Of a stretch of 51,466 nt of DNA, positions 17,578-28,975 are shown one piece after another; the stretch's first letter is position 1, and each line of letters starts with the position of its first letter. Below the pieces are notes generated by a model that was not told the origin of the DNA, did no database searches, and was given only the letters and a program-made list of their open reading frames with translations. The stretch is from Firmicutes bacterium CAG:475 (GTDB lineage: Bacteria > Bacillota > Clostridia > Christensenellales > CAG-917), in assembly GCA_000434435.1 (NCBI GenBank), contig FR895540.1, positions 1-51,466 on the forward strand, written 5' to 3'. A program made the position numbers and the translations under genes.

Positions 17578-18645
17578 TTATTCGAGATTCGGTTTGTCGA
17601 TATTTTCGATATATCGCCGCCTCAATTGTCCGCACGCGCCTTCGATGTCGTTTCCCAGGCTTCTGCGGATAGTTGCCGACACGCCGAGTTTTTCGAGTTT
17701 GTGCAAAAACTCTTCTGTTGCATCGACGCTGGGGGCAACGTGATTGCGCTCTTTCACCTCGTTGAGTCGTATTAGATTGACGTGCGCGGGAAAGCCTTTA
17801 AGCAGCCTTGCAAGCTCTTTTGCACAAGCGTCGGAGTCGTTTTCGCCCTTTATGAGCGTGTATTCGAAAATAACCCTGCGCCCCGTGTTTTCAAAATAGA
17901 ACTTTGCGCTGTCAACGAGTTCTTTTACGCAATATGCTTTGTTTACGGGCATAAGCGCGCTGCGGAGTTCGTCGAAAGGTGCGTGCAAACTTATGGAAAG
18001 CGTAACTTTATGGCCGCTTGTTGCAAATTTGCGAATTTTGTCGCAAAGTCCCGAAGTCGACAGTGAAATATTGCGCTCGGAAATGTTTATACCGCCCTCT
18101 TCACTCACTTTGTCCAGGAATTCGAGCACGTTGTCGTAATTGTCGAACGGTTCGCCGCTACCCATCAGAACGAGATTGGTTATCGCCCTGTTTTTTGCGC
18201 TGCCACCGTTGTCGCGATTTACGCAAATCACTTGTCCGAGCATCTCGGCGGGAGTGAGATTGCGCACAAGTCCGTCGAGCGTCGACGCACAGAACGTACA
18301 TCCCATTCTGCAACCGATTTGTGTTGACAAACACAGTGTATCGCCGTAGTCGTGCGGCATATAAACGCCCTCGATGAGATTGTTGTCGCAGAGTTTAAAC
18401 AGATATTTTTTCGTGCCGGATTTGCCCGTAAACACTTCCAAAATACCGACGGGATTTGCGATAAAGTTGTTTCTGAGCTTCTCGCGCAAGTCTTTTTTCA
18501 GCGAAGTCATCTCGTCAAAATTCTTGCCGTCTTGCAAAAAAGAGTAAATTTGCGCCGCCGTATATTTCGGACAATCGGGAAGCAAAGAGGATATTTCCTC
18601 TTTCGAAAGTCCCAAAAGCACTTGTTTTTCCTTAATATCGCTCAT
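17578..18645 (-). CDS. rlmN: 23S rRNA/tRNA (adenine-C2)-methyltransferase RlmN (radical SAM)
   Basis: The product has the CRMGCTFCAS radical-SAM cluster, GMGEP-like MGSGEPFDN and C-terminal DIEGACGQL. Confidence 0.95.
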   Translation of the reverse strand: MSDIKEKQVLLGLSKEEISSLLPDCPKYTAAQIYSFLQDGKNFDEMTSLKKDLREKLRNNFIANPVGILEVFTGKSGTKKYLFKLCDNNLIEGVYMPHDYGDTLCLSTQIGCRMGCTFCASTLDGLVRNLTPAEMLGQVICVNRDNGGSAKNRAITNLVLMGSGEPFDNYDNVLEFLDKVSEEGGINISERNISLSTSGLCDKIRKFATSGHKVTLSISLHAPFDELRSALMPVNKAYCVKELVDSAKFYFENTGRRVIFEYTLIKGENDSDACAKELARLLKGFPAHVNLIRLNEVKERNHVAPSVDATEEFLHKLEKLGVSATIRRSLGNDIEGACGQLRRRYIENIDKPNLE

Positions 18646-19922
18646 TTTACTCTCCGTATTTTCGCAATGAAGAAGCCGTCGTACTCATCGTGTGGCAAAA
18701 TTTGAATCATGCCCTTATTGTCGAGATATTTTCCGCCGTCGATTTTTTCTAGTCCGCTTATGTGTTCAAGCACGAAATCGACGTTTTTTTCGAGAAAATC
18801 GTGCACGACGTTCTCGTTTTCTTCTTCAAACAGCGTACATGTCGAATAGACCATCGCGCCGCTGACTTTAAGATATTTCGCCGCGTTTTCGAGAATTTGC
18901 CTTTGCGTTGCGGCAAGCTCGCTTATACAGCTCTCGTCCTTATTCAAAAACACGTCGGGATGCTTTTTAAACGTCCCTAGGCACGAGCAAGGAGCGTCGC
19001 AAAGTACGAAGTCGAAAGCGTCTTTCCACTCCTCGTTAAGCACGCAAGCGTCGGCTTGAACGGCTTTTACGTTCGGCGTATGCATGCGATTTTTATATTT
19101 TTGTATGAGTGCAACTCTATGCGGATAAAGGTCGCAAGCCACCACTTTGCCGTGCGGACAAAGTTCGCTCATATACACTGCCTTTCCGCCGGGAGCGGAG
19201 CAAATATCGAGGATTTGAGCTCCGTCGGTAACCCCCAAAGCCTTGACGGCAAGAATGCTCGACGGTGACTGAAACGTCACCAATCCTTTGTCGAACATAT
19301 GTCGCACGGTGTCGTTTGCTTTGACGATATAACCGCCTACGTCGCTCTTTTTGAAGTCGGTTTTATTCTTTTTCAACAAAAATTCGACGTCGCTTTCCGT
19401 TGCCATACGGCTGTTTATTCGGATATGTTCGAGCGTAGTCGATTTTGCGGATAAAATGATGCGTGCAACCTCTTTTCCGTATTGTTTTTCAAGTTTGTCG
19501 CAAAACCATTGCGGTTTGGAATACGTGACGGACAAATAGTTTTCGTCGCTCTCTTTCGGAAGCGAATACTTTCCGTCCGCAACCTTTTTGAGTACGGCGT
19601 TAATAAATCCGCTCGCACCGCCTTTACCGTTTGATTTTGCAACTTCCACGCACTCGCTTACGATTGCAAATTTCGGCACGTCACTCAAATTTAACAGTGC
19701 GTAAGTGCCGATTTTAAGCAAAGTAAGCACGGATTTTTGCGGTTTTTTCTCGATTAGCTGCGAAAGAATATAATCGATTTTTACGTTCTCTTCGAGTGTG
19801 CCGTAAACCAACCTCGTAGACATATCGCTCACGCGCTCGCCGAGGAACGCCATATTGCTGTACGTCCCGTCTTGGTAGACTTTTGAAAGTATTTTGTATG
19901 CGCTGTCGATATGTTTTCTCAT
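18642..19922 (-). CDS. rsmB: 16S rRNA (cytosine967-C5)-methyltransferase
   Basis: A NusB-like N-terminus is followed by a NOL1/NOP2/Sun methyltransferase domain (DICSAPGGK, DAPCSCLGT, YSTCT). It overlaps rlmN by 4 nt. Confidence 0.9.
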   Translation of the reverse strand: MRKHIDSAYKILSKVYQDGTYSNMAFLGERVSDMSTRLVYGTLEENVKIDYILSQLIEKKPQKSVLTLLKIGTYALLNLSDVPKFAIVSECVEVAKSNGKGGASGFINAVLKKVADGKYSLPKESDENYLSVTYSKPQWFCDKLEKQYGKEVARIILSAKSTTLEHIRINSRMATESDVEFLLKKNKTDFKKSDVGGYIVKANDTVRHMFDKGLVTFQSPSSILAVKALGVTDGAQILDICSAPGGKAVYMSELCPHGKVVACDLYPHRVALIQKYKNRMHTPNVKAVQADACVLNEEWKDAFDFVLCDAPCSCLGTFKKHPDVFLNKDESCISELAATQRQILENAAKYLKVSGAMVYSTCTLFEEENENVVHDFLEKNVDFVLEHISGLEKIDGGKYLDNKGMIQILPHDEYDGFFIAKIRRVK

Positions 19923-19973
19923 TTTCGGTTAGTTTGTCTTTTCGCAATATATTGCGGTTATTTTCTACGATTT

Positions 19974-20909
19974 TTATTCAAATTTTGTGCCGATTTCAAC
20001 GCTTCTTCCAAGCAAAAACGCAGTGTCGCACATGCGTTTTGCGCCTTCGAGTTGAATTTCTTTAAGTCTGACAACGCCGTCGGAAACTTTGACGAAAAGT
20101 CCCTCTTTTGCGTTCGCTTTAACCACTTGTCCGCAGTCGTATCCGTCGATATCGCACTCGCAATCGGTTTTTTCCACGTCGAAAATTTTGAGCGTCTTGC
20201 CAAAAACGTGCGTATATGCCGACGGCCACGGCGTCATACCTCTGACAAAACAGTCGATTTGATGCGCGGTTTTTGCAAAATCGACGTTTCCGTCCTCTTT
20301 TGAAATCATCGAGCAGTGCGACACTTTGCTTTCGTCTTGCGGAGTGAACGTCGCTTTCCCGCTCTCCAACAATCCGATTGCTTCCACGATAGCTTCGCCG
20401 CCGAGAATCGCAAGTCTGTCAAAAAGCTCGCCTGCGGTTTCTTTTTTGCCTATAGGCGTTGCCTTTTCAAGCAGCACGTCGCCTGCGTCCACCGCTTTTA
20501 CGGTGCGCATAACGGAGATTCCGCTCTCTTCGTCGCCGTTGATTATCGACCACTGAATCGGAGAGGAACCTCTGTATTTCGGCAACAACGAAGCGTGAAC
20601 GTTGAGCACTCCGAATTTCGGAATTGCCAAAAAGCTCTCGCTCAATATCTGACCGAACGCCGCCGTTACGACGACGTCGGGATTGAGATTTCGCATATCG
20701 TCAAGCCCTTCTCTCGACACTTTTTCGTATTGCAAGACGGGAATACCCAGCTCTTGCGCCTTGACTTTGAGCGGAGAGGGTTTGAGTTGATATCCGCGCC
20801 CGGTGGGCTTGTCAAGCCCCGTTACGACGCAAGATACAGGATATACCGAATTAAGTTTTTCAAGCACGATTGCCGAGAAGTCGGGCGTGCCCATAAACAC
20901 TATTTTCAT
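19974..20909 (-). CDS. fmt: methionyl-tRNA formyltransferase
   Basis: The true start is MKIVFMGTPDFS at 20909. The track ORF 19974..21113 extends upstream into def. The HASLLPKYRGSSPIQW motif is present. Confidence 0.9.
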   Translation of the reverse strand: MKIVFMGTPDFSAIVLEKLNSVYPVSCVVTGLDKPTGRGYQLKPSPLKVKAQELGIPVLQYEKVSREGLDDMRNLNPDVVVTAAFGQILSESFLAIPKFGVLNVHASLLPKYRGSSPIQWSIINGDEESGISVMRTVKAVDAGDVLLEKATPIGKKETAGELFDRLAILGGEAIVEAIGLLESGKATFTPQDESKVSHCSMISKEDGNVDFAKTAHQIDCFVRGMTPWPSAYTHVFGKTLKIFDVEKTDCECDIDGYDCGQVVKANAKEGLFVKVSDGVVRLKEIQLEGAKRMCDTAFLLGRSVEIGTKFE

Positions 20910-20979
20910 ATCTAAAATTTCCGTAATTTCGATTGCTGTTTCCCTTGGTGATTTAAGAACGAACTCGATTGGTCGTCGG

Positions 20980-21438
20980 TTAGTCCTCTTCGTCCAAAAG
21001 CTCTTTACACTTCGACGTGTACACGATGCCGTCCAAATGGTCGATTTCATGGCAGAACGCACGAGCGGTAAAACCTTCCACTTTATATTTTTGTTCTTTG
21101 CCGAATCTGTCAAGCGCAGTGACTTTCACTTCCATGGGACGAGTGACCTCGCCGTACTTTTTCGGCACGGACAAGCACCCTTCAAGCCCCGTTTGTTCTC
21201 CGCTTTGCGAGGTGATAACGGGATTGATAAGTTCGAAATATCCGTCATCGGTGTCGACAACGCACACTCTTTTGAGCACAGCCACTTGCGGAGCGGCAAG
21301 ACCTGCGCCGTTTGCCGCTTTCACGGTGTCTTTCATATCGTCCAGAAGAGTCCAAAGTCTTTCGTCGAACTTATCCACTTCTCTACACTTTTTTGCCAAA
21401 ATGGGATCGGGCACTTTTACGATTATTCTTTTTGCCAT
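20980..21438 (-). CDS. def: peptide deformylase
   Basis: All three PDF motifs are present: GAGLAAPQV, EGCLS and HEIDHLDG. Confidence 0.95.
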   Translation of the reverse strand: MAKRIIVKVPDPILAKKCREVDKFDERLWTLLDDMKDTVKAANGAGLAAPQVAVLKRVCVVDTDDGYFELINPVITSQSGEQTGLEGCLSVPKKYGEVTRPMEVKVTALDRFGKEQKYKVEGFTARAFCHEIDHLDGIVYTSKCKELLDEED

Positions 21439-21453
21439 AGTATCCTCCCGTGT

Positions 21454-23628
21454 TCAAATCAAACTCTGCGGATTGATTTCGACAAACACGTTGCATTTTT
21501 TCGATTTATACGTATCGGCAATATTATATATATCGCCGATTATTTGCTCAAATTGTTTCGGCTCTATCCTTGCCATAACCTGATATCTACAAAGCCCGTT
21601 CATTCTCGTCACCGGGGATTTGCTTGCGCCCAGATACACGAATTTGCCGCTGTCCTGTTGCAGTGCCTGCATACCCTTGTAAACGTTTCTTGCAACGTCC
21701 ACGACGTCTTGTTCGTTTACGGACGACATAAGGACGCGCACGACCTTTGTAAACGGCGGAAATTTCGTCACCATACGCGTGTTGATTTCCTTTTTCCAAA
21801 AACCGATATAATCGTAGGTTTTTCCGAAACGGAAAACGTAATGTTTAGGTGCGTAGGTTTGAAGGATAACTCTGCCCTCTTTTTCCGCTCTTCCTGCTCT
21901 TCCCGCAACCTGCGTTATAAGCTGGAAGGTGCGTTCGCTCGAACGATAATCGCTGAAATAAAGCGCGGCATCGGCTTCCAGAATACCGACGAGAGTAACG
22001 TTTCCGAAATCGTGTCCTTTCGCAATCATTTGCGTACCCACAAGCACGTCCGCTTCCTTATTGCCGAACGCCGACAAGATTTTGAAATAGCTGTCCTTTC
22101 TCACCGTAGTATCGTTGTCCATACGCAACACTCGCACGCCGGGAATAAGGTTTTTCAGCTCTTCAACCACTTTTTCGGTGCCTATTCTGCCCTGTTTTAT
22201 CTCGTGGCTTCCGCAATTGGGACACTTGGTTAGAGCGTGGTATCTTCTTCCGCAATAGTGGCATTTCAGTTCGTTGTCCTCTTTGTGATAGGTCAGCGAA
22301 ATATCGCAATCTTCGCACTTTGCAATATATCCGCACTCTTTGCAACGGATGAAAGAGGCAAACCCCCTGCGATTGAGAAAAAGCATCGCCTGTTCGCCTT
22401 TCGATACGGTATCTTTCAATGCCTCTTGCAGAGCAAGAGAAAACAAACTGCGATTGCCTTGTCTAAACTCTTGCGTCATATCCACGATTTCCATTTCGGG
22501 AAGTTTGTGTTTGGATATTCTTTCGGGCAGCGTAACAAGCCCGTATTCGCCGTTTGTGGCTTTGAGATATGTTTCCATATCGGGAGTGGCAGAGCCCAAA
22601 ATCAACAACCCGTCGTTTGCCTTTGCCCTATATTCCGCCACGGTTTTGGTGTCGTAGCGAGGATTGGATTCGGACAAATAACTCGTGTCGTGCTCTTCGT
22701 CGATGATGATTACGCCGATGTTTTCAAGCGGCGCGAATATTGCTGACCTTGCGCCGATTGCAATATGCGCTTTGCCTGTTTTAAGGCGTTTCCACTCGTC
22801 GTAGCGTTCGCTTGCGTTGAGTCCGCTGTGAAGTATGGCAACGTCGTTGCCGAATCTAGCTCTGAACAGCCCAAGCATTTGCGGAGTAAGCGAAATTTCG
22901 GGCACGAGCATTATTGCGGTTTTTCCTTTTTCTATCATGCGCTCTATGACGCACTCGTACACTTCGGTCTTTCCGCTTCCCGTCACGCCGTGAAGAAGAT
23001 ACGTGCCTTTTTGAGAGCAAAACGTATCCACCGCGCTTACCTGTTTCGGCGTCAAAACAACGTGTTTGCGCTCTTTTTGCAAAGTTTTAAGCGGAGTGGA
23101 ACGCTCGTGTACGTCGCTTTCGACAACGACGTTTTTTTCGCGCAACCCGTTTATTGCGCTAACGCCGAATTTTGCGTTCAAAAAGCTCAAAAATTGTCCG
23201 CCGTTTGCCGCTATATAATCGAGAGCCAGTTGTTGTTTTTCCGCACGTTTGCCGACGATTTCTTTGAGCTTTTCAAGTGTTTTGGAATCGTCTGCGGTGA
23301 GAAATTTCCTTGTATATTCGGGGTCTTTTTCTTCTCTGAGTTGTTGAGGAACAAACAAACGCAACACGTCGATATAGCGCAGATTGTACGTCTTGCGCAT
23401 AAAGTTCATAAGTCCCAGCTGTTCGGGACTTATGGGCGAATCGAGGTATTGCGCTCTTTTAAGGTCGGAAAATTCCGATTTTTCTTTTTTGCCTATAACG
23501 AAGCCGATAAGTCGTTTTTTGCCGAATTCAACGACAACTCTGCTTCCGATGGGAACGTCGTCGCCCTCGTAGTCGAAAGTTCTGTCCACGTCGCTGTTGG
23601 ATATATTGACGATGACTTCGAGTATCAT
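21454..23628 (-). CDS. priA: primosomal replication protein N' (PriA helicase)
   Basis: The 724-aa product has Walker A GVTGSGKTEVY, the DEEHD box and the Cys-rich Zn insert (CKECGYIAKCEDCD...CHYCG...CPNCGS). Confidence 0.95.
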   Translation of the reverse strand: MILEVIVNISNSDVDRTFDYEGDDVPIGSRVVVEFGKKRLIGFVIGKKEKSEFSDLKRAQYLDSPISPEQLGLMNFMRKTYNLRYIDVLRLFVPQQLREEKDPEYTRKFLTADDSKTLEKLKEIVGKRAEKQQLALDYIAANGGQFLSFLNAKFGVSAINGLREKNVVVESDVHERSTPLKTLQKERKHVVLTPKQVSAVDTFCSQKGTYLLHGVTGSGKTEVYECVIERMIEKGKTAIMLVPEISLTPQMLGLFRARFGNDVAILHSGLNASERYDEWKRLKTGKAHIAIGARSAIFAPLENIGVIIIDEEHDTSYLSESNPRYDTKTVAEYRAKANDGLLILGSATPDMETYLKATNGEYGLVTLPERISKHKLPEMEIVDMTQEFRQGNRSLFSLALQEALKDTVSKGEQAMLFLNRRGFASFIRCKECGYIAKCEDCDISLTYHKEDNELKCHYCGRRYHALTKCPNCGSHEIKQGRIGTEKVVEELKNLIPGVRVLRMDNDTTVRKDSYFKILSAFGNKEADVLVGTQMIAKGHDFGNVTLVGILEADAALYFSDYRSSERTFQLITQVAGRAGRAEKEGRVILQTYAPKHYVFRFGKTYDYIGFWKKEINTRMVTKFPPFTKVVRVLMSSVNEQDVVDVARNVYKGMQALQQDSGKFVYLGASKSPVTRMNGLCRYQVMARIEPKQFEQIIGDIYNIADTYKSKKCNVFVEINPQSLI

Positions 23629-24839
23629 AAAGCAATCACCTTGTCGAGAATGATGTCGGCAAGTTCTCTCTTGCTCATTTTTCCGCTTTCAACGCATTGA
23701 CCGTCATTATCGATAACGGTTGCAACGTTTGTATCAACGTCAAAGCCCGCACCCTCGACGGTTACGTCGTTGGCAACGACGAGGTCTGCGTGTTTTTTGA
23801 CAAGTTTACCTTTTGCGTTTTCCAAAAGATTTTCGGTTTCGGCGGAGAAAATCACGAGTTTTCTTCCCTCTTTCTTTTCTCCGAGCGTCTTTGCGATATC
23901 GGGGTTTTTGACGAGTTCGAGGGTAAGCGTTTCGCTCTTAACCTTGTTTTCAAAGACGTTTTTAACTTTGTAATCGGCAGGCGCGGCAGCCATAATCGCA
24001 ACGTCGCAATCCTCAAATTCCTTAATCGCAACGTCGCAATCGTCAAATTCCTTTACGCACGCATCGAGCATATCTTGCGTTGACGTGACGTGAATCGCCT
24101 TTTCGACGCATTTCGGAACGTCGACTTTGACGTTGCCGTAGACGTACACCACGCTTCCGCCTCTCTGTGCAACCGCCTCCGCAAGAGCTTTGCCCATCTT
24201 TCCGCTGGAATGATTTGCAATCACCCTTACGCCGTCGATCTTTTCTTCAGTACCGCCGGCCGTGATAAGCACGCGTTTATCGGCAAAATCTTGCACGGGA
24301 GTGAGACAATCGACGATCTTCTCTACGATTTCGATCGGCTCTGCCATACGTCCTTTTCCGACGTCGCCGCAAGCCAAAAGCCCAATCGCACTGTCGCAAA
24401 ACATTGCGCCTCGCTCGCGCAAAGTGCGCATATTCTTTTGCGTTGCTTCGTCCTCGTACATATTGCAGTTCATCGCGGGGCAAATAAGTTTTTGCGCGTT
24501 GGATGCAAGATACGTGGTGGTGAGCATATCGTCGGCAATGCCCTCCGCAAATTTTGCAATGACATTTGCGGTTGCCGGCGCGACAACCAAAATATCCGCT
24601 TTTTTTGCAAGGGATATATGGTTGATGTCAAACTCTTTGACAGGTTCGAAAGCGTTTGTTACCACTGCGGATTTTGCAAGCGTTTGGAAGGTCAAAGGCG
24701 TGACGAATTCACGAGCGTTGTCGGTCATAATAACATCAACGTTCGCTCCGAGTTTTTTGAGCCTCGATACGATTTCGCACGCTTTGTACACGGCAATTCC
24801 GCCGCTTACACCCAAAACCACGTTTTTTCCGTAAAGCAT
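23625..24839 (-). CDS. coaBC: bifunctional phosphopantothenoylcysteine decarboxylase / phosphopantothenate--cysteine ligase
   Basis: A flavoprotein CoaC N-terminus (GVSGGIAVYKA, PAMNCNMY) is fused to a CoaB C-terminus (ITAGGTEEKIDGVRVIANHSSGKMG). It overlaps priA by 4 nt. Confidence 0.95.
   Translation of the reverse strand: MLYGKNVVLGVSGGIAVYKACEIVSRLKKLGANVDVIMTDNAREFVTPLTFQTLAKSAVVTNAFEPVKEFDINHISLAKKADILVVAPATANVIAKFAEGIADDMLTTTYLASNAQKLICPAMNCNMYEDEATQKNMRTLRERGAMFCDSAIGLLACGDVGKGRMAEPIEIVEKIVDCLTPVQDFADKRVLITAGGTEEKIDGVRVIANHSSGKMGKALAEAVAQRGGSVVYVYGNVKVDVPKCVEKAIHVTSTQDMLDACVKEFDDCDVAIKEFEDCDVAIMAAAPADYKVKNVFENKVKSETLTLELVKNPDIAKTLGEKKEGRKLVIFSAETENLLENAKGKLVKKHADLVVANDVTVEGAGFDVDTNVATVIDNDGQCVESGKMSKRELADIILDKVIAL
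23994..24053. repeat. in-frame 30-bp tandem duplication inside coaBC (29/30 identical)
   Basis: AATCGCAACGTCGCAATCCTCAAATTCCTT (23994-24023) is followed by AATCGCAACGTCGCAATCGTCAAATTCCTT (24024-24053). In the protein this appears as KEFDDCDVAI-KEFEDCDVAI. Confidence 0.9.
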
Positions 24840-24887
24840 AATAACCTCGCTTTCAATCGAGAACGGAGATAATCGTCAAAAATTCGA

Positions 24888-25082
24888 TTAGTCGTGTACG
24901 ATTTTGATTTTGTCGTCGTAGATTTCCTTGCAAGCAAGCGAGATGGGTTTCAAACCGCTCTTTTCAAGGTAGTTGCTTTCGGTCGTAGCAAGTTCGCGAG
25001 CGCGTTTTGCAACGGCGACGGTAAGTGCGTATCTGCACTCTGCATGTTTGATGAGTTTGTCGATTGGGGGATCGATCATCAT
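24888..25082 (-). CDS. rpoZ: DNA-directed RNA polymerase subunit omega
   Basis: The 64-aa product reads PPIDKLIKHAECRYALTVAVAKRAREL, typical of RpoZ. It sits downstream of gmk, as in most Firmicutes. Confidence 0.85.
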   Translation of the reverse strand: MMIDPPIDKLIKHAECRYALTVAVAKRARELATTESNYLEKSGLKPISLACKEIYDDKIKIVHD

Positions 25083-25151
25083 AGTTGTTTCCTCCGAAGA
25101 TATATAAATTCGTTTTTATCGTTTTCGCCTTTCGGCGTTTTTCATATGTTT

Positions 25152-25250
25152 TTTACGCTTGTTCTCTTATGTTCTTTGCGCTTGTTTCCTCAAGCTTTTG
25201 AGTGATTTGCGCTTGTTAATTGGTGCTTTTCGCTTGATTTCGCGCTTACT
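25152..25250. repeat. array of five short direct repeats, TTT[TGC]CGCTTG-like (minus-strand CAAGCG[NA]AAA), in the gmk-rpoZ spacer
   Basis: The copies lie at about 25152-25164, 25176-25186, 25207-25218, 25227-25239 and 25238-25250, with irregular spacing of 13-31 nt. Confidence 0.6.
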
Positions 25251-25265
25251 GCGATGAATCCGCCC

Positions 25266-25856
25266 TTATTTGATTTGCGATCTTCTTTGTTCGAGATAGT
25301 TCACGATTTTGTCCGCGCAATCCTCCGCAACGTCGTTTATCACCACAAAGTCGTAATACGGTATGCTTTTTCTTTCGAATTCGATTTCGTCAAGACGTTT
25401 TTTGAGGGAATCGGGCGTTTCGCTTCCTCTGCCGATAAGGCGTTTTTTCAGCTCTTCGAGGGAGGGTGGATTGATGAAAATCGTCACGCAATCGGGATAG
25501 ACCTTCTTGATGTTCATCGCCCCCACGCTGTTGATGTCCAAAAGCACGTCGTAGCCTTGATTGCGTTTGTTTTCCACTTCGCATTTCAAGGTGCCGTAGC
25601 AGTTTGTAAAAGTGCGCGTGTACTCCACAAATTCGTCGTTGTCGACTTTTTTCACAAACTGGTCCTCTGTGACGAAGTAGTAGTCAACGCCCTCTTGCTC
25701 TCCTTTCCTTGGTTTTCTCGAAGTGCAGGACACCGAAAATCTCAAATTCGGCATCTTTTGAAACATCTTTGATATAACCGTGCTTTTGCCCACTCCGCTG
25801 AATCCCGACACGACGATGAGCAATCCTCGATTTTGCATACCGTTTTCCATTTGCAT
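25266..25856 (-). CDS. gmk: guanylate kinase
   Basis: The product has the P-loop SGFSGVGKST and the motifs YYFV and EYTRTFTNCYGT. The likely start is the ATG at 25856, with GAGGAAAT 7 nt upstream. This avoids overlap with yicC, which the longer track ORF running to 25907 would create. Confidence 0.9.
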   Translation of the reverse strand: MQMENGMQNRGLLIVVSGFSGVGKSTVISKMFQKMPNLRFSVSCTSRKPRKGEQEGVDYYFVTEDQFVKKVDNDEFVEYTRTFTNCYGTLKCEVENKRNQGYDVLLDINSVGAMNIKKVYPDCVTIFINPPSLEELKKRLIGRGSETPDSLKKRLDEIEFERKSIPYYDFVVINDVAEDCADKIVNYLEQRRSQIK

Positions 25857-25869
25857 AGTCAAGATTTCC

Positions 25870-26745
25870 TCATTCGATGTTGGCGGCTTGTTCGCGCATT
25901 TTTTCAATTTCGTTCTTTATGGCAAGCACTTCTTTTGTGATGCGCATATCGTTTGCTTTTGATCCGATCGTGTTGGTTTCTCTGTTGAACTCTTGCACGA
26001 GAAAATCCATTTTTCTTCCCACAGGCTCGGTTGCTTCAAGCAGCGAACGCATGTTTGATATGTGAGTTGAAAGCCTTGTGATTTCTTCGTCGATTGCGCA
26101 GTGATCGGCATAAAGAGCAACTTCGGTTGCAAGACGTTGCTTGTCAACGAGCGACGGCTCGACAACCTCGGCAATCCTTGCGTTGAGCAACTCTCTGTAA
26201 TCTTCGACGACTTTGGGCGCAAACTCTTTTATGCGGTCAAGACACGCCTCGATCGTGCCGAGTTTGCTTGCAATGTCCGCTTTTTGAGATTGACCTTCCT
26301 TTTCACGCATAACTTTGAGATTGACAAGTGCTTCGCTGGCCGCTTCGAGCGTCATTTCCGCAAGCAAATCCTCGTCCTCGACGGATTGTTGTCTTGTCAC
26401 GATATCCCCGACGCGCAAAAGCGTTGAAAGAGTGACGTCGTTTGCAAGCCCCGTGCCGTTTTCAAGTTGTCTTACCGCCGTAAGATAGTTGTTTGCAAGC
26501 TCCAAATCGACAGTGTAGGCGCCTTCGTCGGTCGAGCTCTGCTCGTAAGTAAGATAGAGATCTACGTGTCCTCTCGAAATTGCCGACGAAACGGCTTTTT
26601 TCACTCTGTCCTCGACAAAAAGAAAGTTGCGAGGGAGCTTGATATTGCAATCCAAAAATCTGTGATTTACGGTTTTAATCTCTATGGTTATGGTCTTTCC
26701 GTCGCGTTTGGAAACACCTTTGCCATAGCCTGTCATACTGTGCAT
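25870..26745 (-). CDS. yicC: YicC/YloC family endoribonuclease
   Basis: The product has the N-terminus MHSMTGYGKG and the C-terminal DUF1732 motif (EFNRETNTIGSKAND). It is 291 aa long. Confidence 0.9.
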   Translation of the reverse strand: MHSMTGYGKGVSKRDGKTITIEIKTVNHRFLDCNIKLPRNFLFVEDRVKKAVSSAISRGHVDLYLTYEQSSTDEGAYTVDLELANNYLTAVRQLENGTGLANDVTLSTLLRVGDIVTRQQSVEDEDLLAEMTLEAASEALVNLKVMREKEGQSQKADIASKLGTIEACLDRIKEFAPKVVEDYRELLNARIAEVVEPSLVDKQRLATEVALYADHCAIDEEITRLSTHISNMRSLLEATEPVGRKMDFLVQEFNRETNTIGSKANDMRITKEVLAIKNEIEKMREQAANIE

Positions 26746-26832
26746 ATGCGTGCGTCCGCCTAATAATTTTTAGATATTATATCACAAACGATACGTCATC
26801 GCAACAACTTGTGCCAACTTTGTGACAAAAAT

Positions 26833-26854
26833 AAAAAGGCAAAAACGCCTTTTT
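26833..26854 (-). terminator. weak A/T-flanked hairpin downstream of ligA
   Basis: The sequence is AAAAAGGC aaaaac GCCTTTTT. The stem has only 3 GC pairs, so this is a low-confidence terminator. Confidence 0.4.
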
Positions 26855-26904
26855 AAATTGAAAATCGCAAATTAATTGTAAATTTTGTTGCACACCGCAT
26901 AGGC

Positions 26905-28902
<1,998 letters not shown>

Positions 28903-28975
28903 TCAAATCGGCGTTCGTGTCAATATACATTTTTCTACAAATGCGCTTTTCGAACATCTAACGGACTTGATTGTT

